A DNA stretch of 64,000 nt, from contig BDSU01000003.1 of assembly GCA_002897675.1 (NCBI GenBank), positions 19,449 through 83,448 of the forward strand, read 5' to 3'. The notes under the pieces are model-generated. The model searched no databases, had not been told where the DNA came from, and saw only the letters and a program-made list of their open reading frames with translations. The stretch's first letter is position 1; each line of letters begins with the position of its first letter. This document shows, one piece after another, positions 37,485 through 47,433 of the stretch. The translations under genes were made by a program, and so were the position numbers. Origin of the DNA: a bacterium BMS3Abin02 (GTDB taxonomy: Bacteria; Actinomycetota; Acidimicrobiia; Spongiisociales; UBA4744).

Positions 37485-38840
37485 ATGAAGCGTCGCATCT
37501 ACGGGCTCGAAAGCGAATACGGTGTGACGTGCACGCTGCGTGGCCAGCGAAGGTTGAGTCCGGACGAGGCCGCGAGGTATCTGTTTCGCCGGGTCGTGAG
37601 TTGGGGTCGATCGTCGAATGTCTTTCTCGAGAATGGTGCCCGTCTCTATCTGGACGTGGGCAGTCACCCCGAGTACGCGACCCCCGAATGTGACGATCTT
37701 TCCGCCCTGATTGCCACCGACAAGGCAGGCGAGCGGATTCTGCAGAACTTGGCCGTGGAAGCTCAGAACCGCCTGGGCGAGGAAGGGATCAGCGGCGAGA
37801 TCTTTCTCTTCAAGAACAACACGGACTCGGCGGGCAACTCCTACGGGTGCCATGAGAACTACCTGATACGGCGCAGCACCGACTTCCCGACCGTGCTGGG
37901 CGCGCTGCTTCCGTTTCTCGTCACCAGGCAGATCTTTGCCGGCGCCGGCAAGTTGCTGCGAACTACCAGGGGAGTCCGGTTCACGATGTCTCAGCGTGCC
38001 GAACACATCTGGGAGGGAGTGTCATCTGCCACGACCCGCAGCCGACCAATCGTGAACACGAGGGACGAACCCCACGCAGATGCTGCGCTCTACCGGAGAC
38101 TGCACGTCATCGCCGGCGACTCCAACATGTCCGAGATCGCCGGCTATGCGAAGGTCGGAGTGGTTGGCGCACTCCTTCAGATGCTCGAAGAAGGACACGA
38201 GTTCCGCGCGCTCGATCTCGAGAATCCGATCCGTGCGATCCGCGAGATCAGTTCCGACCCAACGTGCCGACGGCGGGTCCGGCTTGCGAACGGTCGAGAG
38301 CTCTCCGCCCTCGACATCCAGTGGGAGTACCTGGACAAGGCCACACAGTACGCGAGAGCCCATGGTTTTCCTCCGGTCATCGATCGGGCAGTTCGGATGT
38401 GGGAAGGGATGCTCGCCGGCATCGAGAAGGATCCGATGACGCTCGCGAGCCAGGTCGATTGGGTTGCCAAGTGGCAACTCATCGAGGCATACCGAGCTCG
38501 GCACGATCTCGCCTTGTCAGATCCACGGCTGGCCATGATGGACCTCTCGTACCACGACATCAATCCAGCTCGCGGGTTGTACAACCTGCTGGTCCGGCGA
38601 GGCAAGATCGAACGCGTGGTCGATGACGCGGCGATCGCCCAGGCGATGACGAAAGCCCCTGCGACCACGCGAGCTCGTCTGCGGGGAGAGTTCATCCGCG
38701 CAGCGAAGGCCGCCGGCCGGGACTTCACCGTGGACTGGGTCCATCTGAAGGTCAACGATCAGGCGCAGCGAACGGTTCTCTGCAAAGACCCGTTCGTGCA
38801 CACCGATCCTCGTGTTGACCGGCTCATCGCGGGGTTGTAG
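37485..38840 (+). CDS. pafA: Pup-protein ligase
   Basis: [41 protein letters not shown]; TACGCT 6 nt before ATG. Confidence 0.96.
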   Translation: MKRRIYGLESEYGVTCTLRGQRRLSPDEAARYLFRRVVSWGRSSNVFLENGARLYLDVGSHPEYATPECDDLSALIATDKAGERILQNLAVEAQNRLGEEGISGEIFLFKNNTDSAGNSYGCHENYLIRRSTDFPTVLGALLPFLVTRQIFAGAGKLLRTTRGVRFTMSQRAEHIWEGVSSATTRSRPIVNTRDEPHADAALYRRLHVIAGDSNMSEIAGYAKVGVVGALLQMLEEGHEFRALDLENPIRAIREISSDPTCRRRVRLANGRELSALDIQWEYLDKATQYARAHGFPPVIDRAVRMWEGMLAGIEKDPMTLASQVDWVAKWQLIEAYRARHDLALSDPRLAMMDLSYHDINPARGLYNLLVRRGKIERVVDDAAIAQAMTKAPATTRARLRGEFIRAAKAAGRDFTVDWVHLKVNDQAQRTVLCKDPFVHTDPRVDRLIAGL

Positions 38841-39109
38841 AGCGGTGCATCCTCAGGATCGTGACGTGACGTGGCTCGAGTTTCGAGCACGACACGTTGG
38901 AGATGATGACGGGTTGCCGTCAGGTTGGCGTTCTCGGGACTCGAGTCAGCGGCCTGTTGCGGTGTGACCTCGACTCGGGGTTTTCATGTGGTCGACGTCA
39001 AACGAGGCAAGTGGCGACGTTCGTCGAGATGCGTGCCGTGCGTTGCCCGGCGAACTCAGGTGCCAAGGGCCTGGTACGGCGAGCGTACGGGGCCTACAGT
39101 TGCTACCGC

Positions 39110-40024
39110 ATGCGACGTGTGCTCGAACGGCTTCTCAACCTTCTCGCCTTCCTGCTCACGGCCGACCGACCGGTCACGGCCGAGGAGATACGCATCACCG
39201 TGGCCGGGTATGCGCAGGACTCGGACGACGCGTTCCACCGGATGTTCGAACGTGACAAGGACCTTCTGCGTCGAATGGGAATCCCGATCGAACTTCGCCC
39301 GACGGACGGGTGGGAGGTCGAATACGGCTACGTCCTCCGGCCCGACGCATATCAGCTGCCGGACCCCGATCTCTCCGACGAGGAGCGAGCCGCCCTCTGG
39401 CTCGCTGCGCAAGTCGTACGATTGGGCGGTCAGCCGGCAGGACCGGAAGCCCTCATGAAGCTCGGCGGGCTGGCGATGAGCGGAGGTGGAGAGCCGCTTG
39501 CAGCGGAACTCGGCTTGGGTGCCGAGGTCCTCTCTGCAGCGTATCTGGCCGCAACGGAACGCCGCATGCTCTCGTTCACGTACCGGAGTCGACGTCGGAA
39601 TGTCCAACCCATGGGGATCCTGCACCAGCGGGGACACTGGTATCTGATCGCCAGAGACCGTGAGGAGATGCGGGCCTACCGGATCGACCGGGCATCGAAG
39701 TTCGCCGTGGGGGATTCTCCCAGGGCGTTCACGCGACCGCCAGGCTTCAGTCTGCGAGATGCTCTTCCCGTGGAACCGTGGGCCACAGGGGAGGAGGACA
39801 TCCTCGCCAAGGTGGTGTTCGACGCGGACACCGCATGGTGGGCGAAGAGGCAACTCGGTGCCGAGGCGATCGAGCGGCCCGATGGGTATCTGGAGGCCGA
39901 ACTGAGGGTGGCGAATCCGGACGCCTTCATCGGTTGGATACTGAGCTTTGAGGACAAGGCAGAGATCTTGGAGCCCCCACAGCTCCGGCAGGCGCTGATC
40001 GATCGAGTTCGAGGGCGATCGTGA
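39110..40024 (+). CDS. pafB: WYL-domain regulator PafB
   Basis: ERLLNL, RMFERDK, HWYLI, YRIDR; downstream of pafA. Confidence 0.9.
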   Translation: MRRVLERLLNLLAFLLTADRPVTAEEIRITVAGYAQDSDDAFHRMFERDKDLLRRMGIPIELRPTDGWEVEYGYVLRPDAYQLPDPDLSDEERAALWLAAQVVRLGGQPAGPEALMKLGGLAMSGGGEPLAAELGLGAEVLSAAYLAATERRMLSFTYRSRRRNVQPMGILHQRGHWYLIARDREEMRAYRIDRASKFAVGDSPRAFTRPPGFSLRDALPVEPWATGEEDILAKVVFDADTAWWAKRQLGAEAIERPDGYLEAELRVANPDAFIGWILSFEDKAEILEPPQLRQALIDRVRGRS

Positions 40025-40953
40025 GCAAGACAAAGCACCGGCTGACGCAGATCCTGTCGATGCTTCCCTGGGTGATCGCCAATCCTGGAGCCACCGTGCA
40101 GGAGGTCTGCGATCGTTTCGGTTACACGCGTAGCAAGCTCATCGAGGACCTGAACCTCGTATTCGTCTGCGGGCTTCCGGGGTACGGACCCGGCGACTTG
40201 ATGGTCGCCTACGTGGATGAAGACGAAGTCGTCGTCGACATGGCCGACTACTTCTCCCATTCGCTCCGTCTCAGCGCCTCGGAGGCGCTTGCACTTCTTG
40301 CAGCGGCCAAGACCCTCATCGCGACAGACCAGGCGCCACCTGCGCTGCGGAGCGCCGTCGACAAGCTCACGACAGCGCTCGATATCGCGTCCGATGAAAC
40401 GCTCGCCATCGAGATCGAGGGAGAATCGGGGCTCGTGACCATGCTGCGCGATGCGGCCGGAGAGGGACGCGTGATCGATATGACCTACACGTCACTGAAC
40501 AAGGGCAAGACAACGCGACGTCTGGTCGAACCATGGTCGGTCTTCACGACGATGGGGAACTGGTATCTGTCGGCCTTCTGTCGGTCCGCGGGGGCCGAAC
40601 GAGTATTCCGTGTCGACCGTATCCGATCCGCCATCCCGACCGAGGATCGCTTCGTCCCAAACCCCGAACCGCCGCCTCCGGTGCTGCGCTACACGCCTTC
40701 GGAGGACGATGTGCGGGCAACGATTCGTCTTGAACCGCGCGCTGCGTGGGTCGCCGACTATTACCCGGTCGACATCGTTTCCACAGACCCTTTCGTGATC
40801 CGCTTCTCGGCATCCGATCCAAGCGTCGCCGCCAGGCTCCTCGTGCGGCTCGGCCAAGATGCCGTCCTGCTCGAAGGAGCCGAGACAGCGGCAGCGACCG
40901 CTTCCTTGCGCCACAGGGTGCTCTCCCGCTACGGGGTGACCATTTCGGAATAG
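40021..40953 (+). CDS. pafC: WYL-domain regulator PafC
   Basis: CGLPGYGPGDL, NWYLS, FRVDR. Confidence 0.9.
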   Translation: MSKTKHRLTQILSMLPWVIANPGATVQEVCDRFGYTRSKLIEDLNLVFVCGLPGYGPGDLMVAYVDEDEVVVDMADYFSHSLRLSASEALALLAAAKTLIATDQAPPALRSAVDKLTTALDIASDETLAIEIEGESGLVTMLRDAAGEGRVIDMTYTSLNKGKTTRRLVEPWSVFTTMGNWYLSAFCRSAGAERVFRVDRIRSAIPTEDRFVPNPEPPPPVLRYTPSEDDVRATIRLEPRAAWVADYYPVDIVSTDPFVIRFSASDPSVAARLLVRLGQDAVLLEGAETAAATASLRHRVLSRYGVTISE

Positions 40954-40958
40954 TCACT

Positions 40959-40985
40959 TCAGGGCGTGTTCGCGAAGGCCGATAC
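40959..40985 (+). promoter_or_regulatory. Possible sigma28/WhiG-type promoter
   Basis: TCAG-N15-GCCGATAC compared with the consensus TAAA-N15-GCCGATAA, 30 bp upstream of the next gene. Confidence 0.45.
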
Positions 40986-41015
40986 ACGGGACATGAACGG
41001 TGAGCGGAGCGCCGA

Positions 41016-41315
41016 ATGACCACTATCAAGACGACGTGTGAGCACTGCGGGGACATTGAACTGCACCCGGATGACCTCGCCCTCGAGCTGGATCCGACCG
41101 AAGATTCGGGCAGCTACCTCTTCACGTGCCCGGCGTGCGGAAACCTTCAACGCCGACCGGCGAATCCCCGAGTCGTGAACGTGCTCCTCGCTACCGGTGT
41201 CACGTATGACGTAGTCGTTCCCGAACCCGGGCCGATCACCACCGAGGAAATCGACCGGTTCGTGCGCGCACTCGACAGGGAAGAGGATCTCTGGAGGATG
41301 CTTCCCTCGTCGTAG
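41016..41315 (+). CDS. Small zinc-ribbon hypothetical protein
   Basis: CEHCGD...YLFTCPAC; GGAG upstream. Confidence 0.8.
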   Translation: MTTIKTTCEHCGDIELHPDDLALELDPTEDSGSYLFTCPACGNLQRRPANPRVVNVLLATGVTYDVVVPEPGPITTEEIDRFVRALDREEDLWRMLPSS

Positions 41316-41344
41316 GAACCCGGCGAGTACTGCGAAACGCCAAT

Positions 41345-41575
41345 CCCCCTACCCCGGCCCAAAGCCACTGCGGTACCTTCCCCCCTGCGGTCGCTTCGCT
41401 CCCTGGGCAAGAGCCCCCCTACCCCAGCGCAAAGCCGCTGCGGTACCTTCCCCCCTGCGGTCGCTTCGCTCCCTGGGGGGGACCAATAGACGCTTGCCCC
41501 GCGGTCCTGCACTGCTGCCACGTCGCGATAGGAAGCACGAAATACGAAGCACCAAATGCCGCATACGAAATACGA
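41345..41575 (-). repeat. REP/BIME-like dispersed repeat, copy B (tandem 63-bp unit plus heptamer run)
   Basis: Units 41345-41407 and 41415-41477 (period 70), then GAAGCAC-GAAATAC-GAAGCAC-CAAATGC-CGCATAC-GAAATAC. Confidence 0.85.
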
Positions 41576-41606
41576 TGGGCAAAGCGAGTCCTAACATGGG
41601 AATGCC

Positions 41607-42035
41607 GTGTTTTTCGATGTCAGCCCCACCGAACTCCTTTTCATCTTCCTTGTTGCACTCGTCGTGTTCGGTCCGCGGCGCCTGCCGGAAATGGCGAAGA
41701 AGATCGCCTCGCTGGTCCGCGAGATCCAATCAACGGCCGGGGACCTCCAGCGGGGCCTCGAAAAAGAAGTGAAAGACTTGGCGGCACCGCTCAAAGATCT
41801 GGCAGAGCCTCTGAAGGAACTCTCACAGCCGGTCAGGGACCTCACCAAGCCGCTGAAGGACCTCACCAAGCCGCTGGAGGACCTCACCAAGCCGCTGGAG
41901 GACCTCACCAAGCCGCTGGAGGACCTCGCCACCAAGCCGGTGAACGACTCGAGGGACGAAGACGCGACGGGGGACGCTTCACCCGCGCAGGAGGACAGCG
42001 ACGTCGCGTCGAACGATCGGCCTGCGGATGAGTAA
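41607..42035 (+). CDS. tatB: Twin-arginine translocase TatA/TatB-family subunit
   Basis: SPTELLFIFLVALVVFGPRRLPE; adjacent to tatC. Confidence 0.85.
   Translation: MFFDVSPTELLFIFLVALVVFGPRRLPEMAKKIASLVREIQSTAGDLQRGLEKEVKDLAAPLKDLAEPLKELSQPVRDLTKPLKDLTKPLEDLTKPLEDLTKPLEDLATKPVNDSRDEDATGDASPAQEDSDVASNDRPADE
41837..41927 (+). repeat. In-frame 21-bp tandem repeat in tatB (DLTKPLE)
   Basis: GGACCTCACCAAGCCGCTG(G/A)A x4 plus a partial copy; degenerate copies upstream. Confidence 0.9.
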
Positions 42036-42741
42036 GGACCGTCCACGCCCTGTTCTCGAGCACCTCGAAGAGCTGCGATGGCGCCTCGTGAAGAGTGCGA
42101 TCGCGCTGACGGTCGGGGCCGTCGTGGCATTCCTGTTTCGTGAGCAGCTGTTCGACGTCCTCGCCAAACCGTACCGGCTTGCTCTCCCAGGGCAGGACCT
42201 CAATCAGTTCCAGGTGACCGAGGGCTTTTCGATCGCAATGCGACTCTCTCTCTTCGGGGGGGCTTTCCTCGCCAGCCCTGTCCTCTTCTACCAATTATGG
42301 GCATTCGTGAATCCTGCACTCACGAAGAAGGAGAGGAAGTGGACGATTCCGATCGTGACCGCTCTCGTGGTCCTGTTCAGCGGCGGCGCTGCATTCGGCT
42401 ATTACATTCTCCCCAGAGGCCTCGTGTTCCTTCTCGGTATTCAGCCCGGGCTCACGTCGGTGATCGGGGCTTCGGACTATTTTGGCCTCACGCTGCGGTT
42501 TCTTCTGATATTCGGCGTCGCGTTCGAGTTCCCGGTGTTCCTGTTCGCAGCGGCCGCCGTTGGAGTAGTGAACTCAACACAACTGAAGAAGGGCCGTCGG
42601 TGGGCCGTGCTCATCATCGTGATAGTGGGTGCCGTCGTCACCCCGACGGGCGATCCGCTGACGCTGACCGCTCTGTCAGTGCCCCTCTACGTGCTCTATG
42701 AAGCAACGATCTGGCTGGTGAAGTTGGCGCTGCATAAATGA
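42028..42741 (+). CDS. tatC: Twin-arginine translocase subunit TatC
   Basis: EHLEELRWRL, YQLWAFVNPAL, FEFP, TPTGDP. Confidence 0.95.
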   Translation: MSKDRPRPVLEHLEELRWRLVKSAIALTVGAVVAFLFREQLFDVLAKPYRLALPGQDLNQFQVTEGFSIAMRLSLFGGAFLASPVLFYQLWAFVNPALTKKERKWTIPIVTALVVLFSGGAAFGYYILPRGLVFLLGIQPGLTSVIGASDYFGLTLRFLLIFGVAFEFPVFLFAAAAVGVVNSTQLKKGRRWAVLIIVIVGAVVTPTGDPLTLTALSVPLYVLYEATIWLVKLALHK

Positions 42742-45215
42742 TCGGGTTCGACCTCGATTTTGAACCGGACGCGTTCCAGCTCGAGGCTGCGGATGCGATC
42801 AGGTCGGGAGCATGCGTGGTCGTGACCGCCCCGACGGGCTCCGGGAAGACCCTCGTGGCCGAAGTCGCGATTCGTGAGGCCATGTCCCGTGGCAAGAAGG
42901 CTTTCTACACCACACCGCTCAAAGCATTGTCGAACCAGAAGTTCAACGACTTGCGCGGGCAGTTTCCTGATGTCGGGCTCTTGACCGGAGACAACACCAT
43001 CAACGGTGACGCCCCCCTGGTCGTGATGACGACAGAGGTCATCCGGAACATGATCTATGCGGGATCGGCGGCTCTCGCGGGTCTCGAAGTCGTCATCCTC
43101 GACGAGGTCCACTATTTGGGGGACCGGTTTCGTGGCCAGGTGTGGGAGGAGATCATCGTCCACGCTCCGGCAGGCACCCAGCTGGTATGCCTCTCCGCGA
43201 CCGTGTCCAACGCCGACGAGTTCACGGCATGGGTCCGCAGTCGGAGGGGGAGCACGAGGCTCATACAGGCGGAACGGCGTCCCGTCCCACTGGTCAATCT
43301 CTACGCGGTGAAAGATCGATGGAACGACGAGGTCTTCATGGACGAAATGCTCAGGAAACACCGAGCGAACCAGTCCATCGAGTCACGCATCAGCGGAAGG
43401 AATGCCCGCCGCTACGGGACGCCGCGGCGAACCGAAACCGTGTCGGCCCTGGCCGCCAAGGGAATGCTTCCCGTCATCTACTTCATCTTCTCGAGGGCAG
43501 GCTGCAACGACGCCGCCGCAAGGCTCCTCTCGTCCGGCGCGAGATTCACCGATGCGGCGGAACGCGAGACCATCCGTAGAGTCGCCGAAGAAAGGACGGC
43601 CCATCTCGATCCCGGTGACCTCACCGTCCTCGAATATGACGGGTGGTTGACGGGCCTGCAGGCAGGGATCGCTCCCCACCACGCAGGGATGGTGCCGGCA
43701 TTCAAAGAAACCGTCGAGGACCTCTTCGCCCGTGGCCTGATCAAGGTCGTCTTCGCCACCGAGACACTGTCGCTTGGCATCAACATGCCGGCTCGGAGCG
43801 TCGTTCTCGAAAGCCTCAGTCGATTCACGGGAGAAACCCACGAACTGCTCAGGGCCGGCGACTACACGCAGTTGACCGGCAGGGCAGGGCGCCGTGGAAT
43901 CGACGAAGTCGGATACGGCGTCGTCCTGCACTCACGATTCGTGCCTTTCTCACAAGTTGCCAAACTCGCCGCCGCCGGGTCCCATTCGCTGCAATCGAGT
44001 TTCCGCCCCACCTACAACATGGCCGTAAACCTGGTCGCAAACTACTCCCGTGAGCGGGCGCGGAAGCTACTGAACGCATCATTCGGCCAGTTTCAAGCGT
44101 CGAAGGGAATACGCAAGAAGGCCCGATCCCTCGAACGTCGAGAAGCTGAGCTTGCGTCATTGAGGAAAGCGGCGTCGTGCGACCGGGGGGACATCGCAGA
44201 ATACCGGGAACTCCTCAACGTCTCTGCCACCCGGGAATCGTCCGCCATGGGCGGGCTGTGTCGCGGGCGAGTGATCGAACTCGTGTCGGGAGGCAAAGCG
44301 GGTCGATACGTCGTGGTGAAACGCCGGCGAGGCAAGAGAGTCGAAGTCATCGTGTTCTCGACACGAGGCAAAGTCGTCCGGCTGCGTCCGAAGGACGTGG
44401 GTTCCGATGCCATGGCGCTGGGCTCCATCGTCATGACGAATTCCTCGCGGATCGGGGACCCGAAGTTCCGAGCGCGGGTGGCGCGACAACTTCGAGCGTT
44501 TCGGGGTCGCCCCGAGCCCCTGAGCAACGAAGAACCGGCACCCGAACACCCGGTCGCCGCGTGTCCCGACAGAGATGAACATCTGCAGGCGCTCGAACGG
44601 GCACTTCGTTTGCAGCGCGAGAACCGGCAACTCGGTAGAGACCTGGAGATGGCGCAGGTGGGCCTGGTCCAAGAACTCGAACAGATACTCGACCTGCTCG
44701 AGACTCGCGGCTACGTGGACGGCTGGACCCTGACGCCACGCGGTGAACGCCTTCGGGTGATCTACAGCGAACTCGATCTGCTCATCTCCGAAGCCGTCCA
44801 AGAGGGACTCTTCGATGCCCTCAGTCCTGCCGAGGTGGCCGCGTTGGTCTCGCTGGCCGTCTACGAGCCGAGAAGGGACGAAAGGGGCATACAAGGGTGG
44901 CCATCCGAGGCAGTTCGCGCGAGGAGCGCCCAGTTCATGGCACTCTGGGAGGAACTCGTCGAGGATGAACGAGGCAGGGGGCTCGCAGAGACTCGTCGAC
45001 CGGACCCGGGATTCGCTTCGCTTGCGTATCGTTGGACGACAGGAGAGGACCTGAGCGAAGTACTCGGCACACGGGAGGCAGGTGACTTCGTTCGAACGTC
45101 GAGACAGCTTCTCGACGTGATGCGGCAGATGCGTGAGGCGGCTCCACAGCTCGCAGCAGCGTTGGGAACGGCGATTCGGGGTATCGATCGCGGCGTCGTC
45201 GCGGCAGTACGGTGA
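42738..45215 (+). CDS. helY: Ski2-like DEVH-box RNA helicase
   Basis: APTGSGKT, KALSNQK, DEVH, SAT, GINMPA, QLTGRAGRRG, DSHCT-like C-terminus. Confidence 0.93.
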   Translation: MIGFDLDFEPDAFQLEAADAIRSGACVVVTAPTGSGKTLVAEVAIREAMSRGKKAFYTTPLKALSNQKFNDLRGQFPDVGLLTGDNTINGDAPLVVMTTEVIRNMIYAGSAALAGLEVVILDEVHYLGDRFRGQVWEEIIVHAPAGTQLVCLSATVSNADEFTAWVRSRRGSTRLIQAERRPVPLVNLYAVKDRWNDEVFMDEMLRKHRANQSIESRISGRNARRYGTPRRTETVSALAAKGMLPVIYFIFSRAGCNDAAARLLSSGARFTDAAERETIRRVAEERTAHLDPGDLTVLEYDGWLTGLQAGIAPHHAGMVPAFKETVEDLFARGLIKVVFATETLSLGINMPARSVVLESLSRFTGETHELLRAGDYTQLTGRAGRRGIDEVGYGVVLHSRFVPFSQVAKLAAAGSHSLQSSFRPTYNMAVNLVANYSRERARKLLNASFGQFQASKGIRKKARSLERREAELASLRKAASCDRGDIAEYRELLNVSATRESSAMGGLCRGRVIELVSGGKAGRYVVVKRRRGKRVEVIVFSTRGKVVRLRPKDVGSDAMALGSIVMTNSSRIGDPKFRARVARQLRAFRGRPEPLSNEEPAPEHPVAACPDRDEHLQALERALRLQRENRQLGRDLEMAQVGLVQELEQILDLLETRGYVDGWTLTPRGERLRVIYSELDLLISEAVQEGLFDALSPAEVAALVSLAVYEPRRDERGIQGWPSEAVRARSAQFMALWEELVEDERGRGLAETRRPDPGFASLAYRWTTGEDLSEVLGTREAGDFVRTSRQLLDVMRQMREAAPQLAAALGTAIRGIDRGVVAAVR

Positions 45216-45229
45216 CGAGGGAAGGCAAC

Positions 45230-46123
45230 ATGGAGGAATGGCTCGTCTTGGTGAACCCGAAAGCCGGATACCGGAGCCACGCGGAAGCGCGCACGAGGGA
45301 GGCGCTTCGTCGCGGTGGAGTCAAGGCAACAGTCCGTGTACCGACCACCGTGAAGGCGATGCGAGACGCGGTCGACATGGGTGCTCGCGAGGGCAGGAGG
45401 CGATTTGTCGCGGTTGGAGGCGATGGAACCATCAATGTCGTCGTCGATCAACTGTTGCAGCACGAATGGAACGAGCCCCCGGTCGTGGGGCTGCTCCCCT
45501 CCGGATCCGGCTCGGATCTCGCCCGGACATTCGACATCGCACAGAACATCGAAGAGGCCGCAACGACGTTGCACGGCGACGCTCACAAGAGGGTCGACGT
45601 GGGTGTCCTCGAGGGCAACTGGGGGAGTCGGTACTTCATCAACGTGGCAGAAGCCGGACTCACCGCGGCGGTGCTGCACCGTGCCCTGACCTTGCCACGA
45701 TGGTTGGGCTCGAGCAAGTATCACCTGGCATTGGCGCTGACCTTCCCACGCATTCGGCTGGTCGAGATGACTCTCCAGGCAGGTGACATGGAATTCTCGG
45801 GGACATCTCTCCTCGCCGTGTTCGCCAATGCCCGGTATTTCGCAGGGGGCTGGCACATCGCGCCTCACGCGTCGACTTCCGACGGCCTGTTCGACATCCA
45901 GGTGTTCACGGCCTCCAAGAAGGATGTTCCCCGGCTTTGGTGGCTCGCCAAGAGCGGGTCCCACATCGACGAGCCGCAGATTCGCACGGTTGTTGCCGAC
46001 TCATTCAGCCTGAGTGTGTCGGCGCCGTGGCCGGTGGAGGCCGACGGCGAGTACTTCGGGGAAGGCTCGATGCGGGGGCGCATCCGTCGAGGGGCGGTGT
46101 TGCTGAAGACGGCCCATCCCTGA
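45230..46123 (+). CDS. Diacylglycerol kinase-family lipid kinase
   Basis: VNPKAG, GGDGT, PSGSGSDLAR, EADGE. Confidence 0.9.
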   Translation: MEEWLVLVNPKAGYRSHAEARTREALRRGGVKATVRVPTTVKAMRDAVDMGAREGRRRFVAVGGDGTINVVVDQLLQHEWNEPPVVGLLPSGSGSDLARTFDIAQNIEEAATTLHGDAHKRVDVGVLEGNWGSRYFINVAEAGLTAAVLHRALTLPRWLGSSKYHLALALTFPRIRLVEMTLQAGDMEFSGTSLLAVFANARYFAGGWHIAPHASTSDGLFDIQVFTASKKDVPRLWWLAKSGSHIDEPQIRTVVADSFSLSVSAPWPVEADGEYFGEGSMRGRIRRGAVLLKTAHP

Positions 46124-46289
46124 AACTCGCCACGAGGAACGAGAGAGCGAAGATGGCCGCCTTCCGGCCGGCTGTTCAAGTCGCTGATCTACGGTCTCAC
46201 GAGAGAGGAGAGACGCTACTGTCAGATCGAGCTCCAGGCGGGGGTTTGTGGGTATACTCTCGCCGCCTCATACGAGAGAGAGAGGACCA

Positions 46290-46718
46290 GTGGCCCCCAA
46301 CGATGACAACGTCGAGGTCGATCTCGAAGACGCAGTCACCGAGGAACTCGAATCCGACGACATCGACGTCCCCGGCGATGATCTCGACAAAATCGAGCTG
46401 GACGAAGGTTTCGGAGATGGAGATCTCAATCCCAGCGCTGAGGACGACGGGGACGACAAGGCGGCGGAAGAGGCCGCCGAGGCCCTGGAAGAACTCGAAG
46501 CCGAGGAACTGGAGTTGCTCGAAGACGAGGCCGCGGAGACACTGCTTGTCGACGAGGCCGCCGAACTTCGCGCGATCCGGCGTGCAGAACTCACCCTCGA
46601 CGCCGACGCGGAGGAGATTCGGGGAGACGAATTCGTTTGCTCTTCCTGCTTCCTCGTCAAGCGGATCAGCCAGCTTGCAGACAAGCGGAAGCTGATCTGC
46701 AAAGACTGTGCCGGCTGA
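46290..46718 (+). CDS. Acidic DUF4193-like protein with a C-terminal Cys cluster
   Basis: Very D/E-rich; DEFVCSSCFLVK..SQLA...CKDC. Confidence 0.78.
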   Translation: MAPNDDNVEVDLEDAVTEELESDDIDVPGDDLDKIELDEGFGDGDLNPSAEDDGDDKAAEEAAEALEELEAEELELLEDEAAETLLVDEAAELRAIRRAELTLDADAEEIRGDEFVCSSCFLVKRISQLADKRKLICKDCAG

Positions 46719-47433
46719 CCCCGCGCAGGTGACGGTCGTCCTTCCGACGTTCAACGAACGCGAGAATCTCGAACCGATCGTCAGGGACGTGACGCGACAC
46801 GGGTATCGTGTCTTGGTGGTCGATGATGCCTCGCCCGATGGCACGGGCGAACTGGCGGACGATCTTGCAAAGGAGATCCCTTCGGTCAGCGTTCTCCACC
46901 GGACGCAGAAGGCGGGTCTGGGCCCTGCCTACGCTGCCGGGTTTCGGCATGCGTTCTCAGACGGCGCCCGGATCATCTGCGAGATGGATGCCGACTTCTC
47001 CCACGACCCGGCGGCGCTTCCCTCGCTCGTGGAGGCAGTGGACCTTGGCGCGGAGCTCGCAATCGGCAGCCGGTATGTCGAGGGGGGCGCCACTCCGGAT
47101 TGGCCTCTGCATCGGCGCTTGCTGTCCAAGGGCGGGAACTGGTATGCGAGACGCATGCTCGCCCTCCCGATTGGTGATGCCACGGCGGGATTTCGCGCGT
47201 ATCGGGCCGAAGAACTGATGAGCCTCGAGGCCGAGACCTGTCTGGCCTCCGGATACGCTTTCCAGGTGGAAATGACCCTGCGAGCCGTGGATCAGGGCCT
47301 CCGAATCGTGGAGGTGCCGATTACGTTCAGAGACCGTCGCGAGGGCACGTCGAAGATGGGAGCCAAGATCGTGGTCGAGGCCATGTGGCTCGTCACAAAA
47401 TGGGGTGTTCGGAGGAGGGTCGCAGGGAGATGA
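46708..47433 (+). CDS. Polyprenol-phosphate mannose synthase (GT2)
   Basis: PTFNE, VDDASPDGT, EMDADFSH, GSRY, GYAFQVE. Confidence 0.92.
   Translation: MPADPAQVTVVLPTFNERENLEPIVRDVTRHGYRVLVVDDASPDGTGELADDLAKEIPSVSVLHRTQKAGLGPAYAAGFRHAFSDGARIICEMDADFSHDPAALPSLVEAVDLGAELAIGSRYVEGGATPDWPLHRRLLSKGGNWYARRMLALPIGDATAGFRAYRAEELMSLEAETCLASGYAFQVEMTLRAVDQGLRIVEVPITFRDRREGTSKMGAKIVVEAMWLVTKWGVRRRVAGR

Noticed and set aside
39110-40953. WYL pair as regulators of a defence system
   Set aside because: Canonical pafB/pafC motifs and position after pafA.
41837-41927. Direct repeats as a CRISPR array
   Set aside because: Contiguous 21-bp in-frame units with no spacers, inside tatB; no cas genes.
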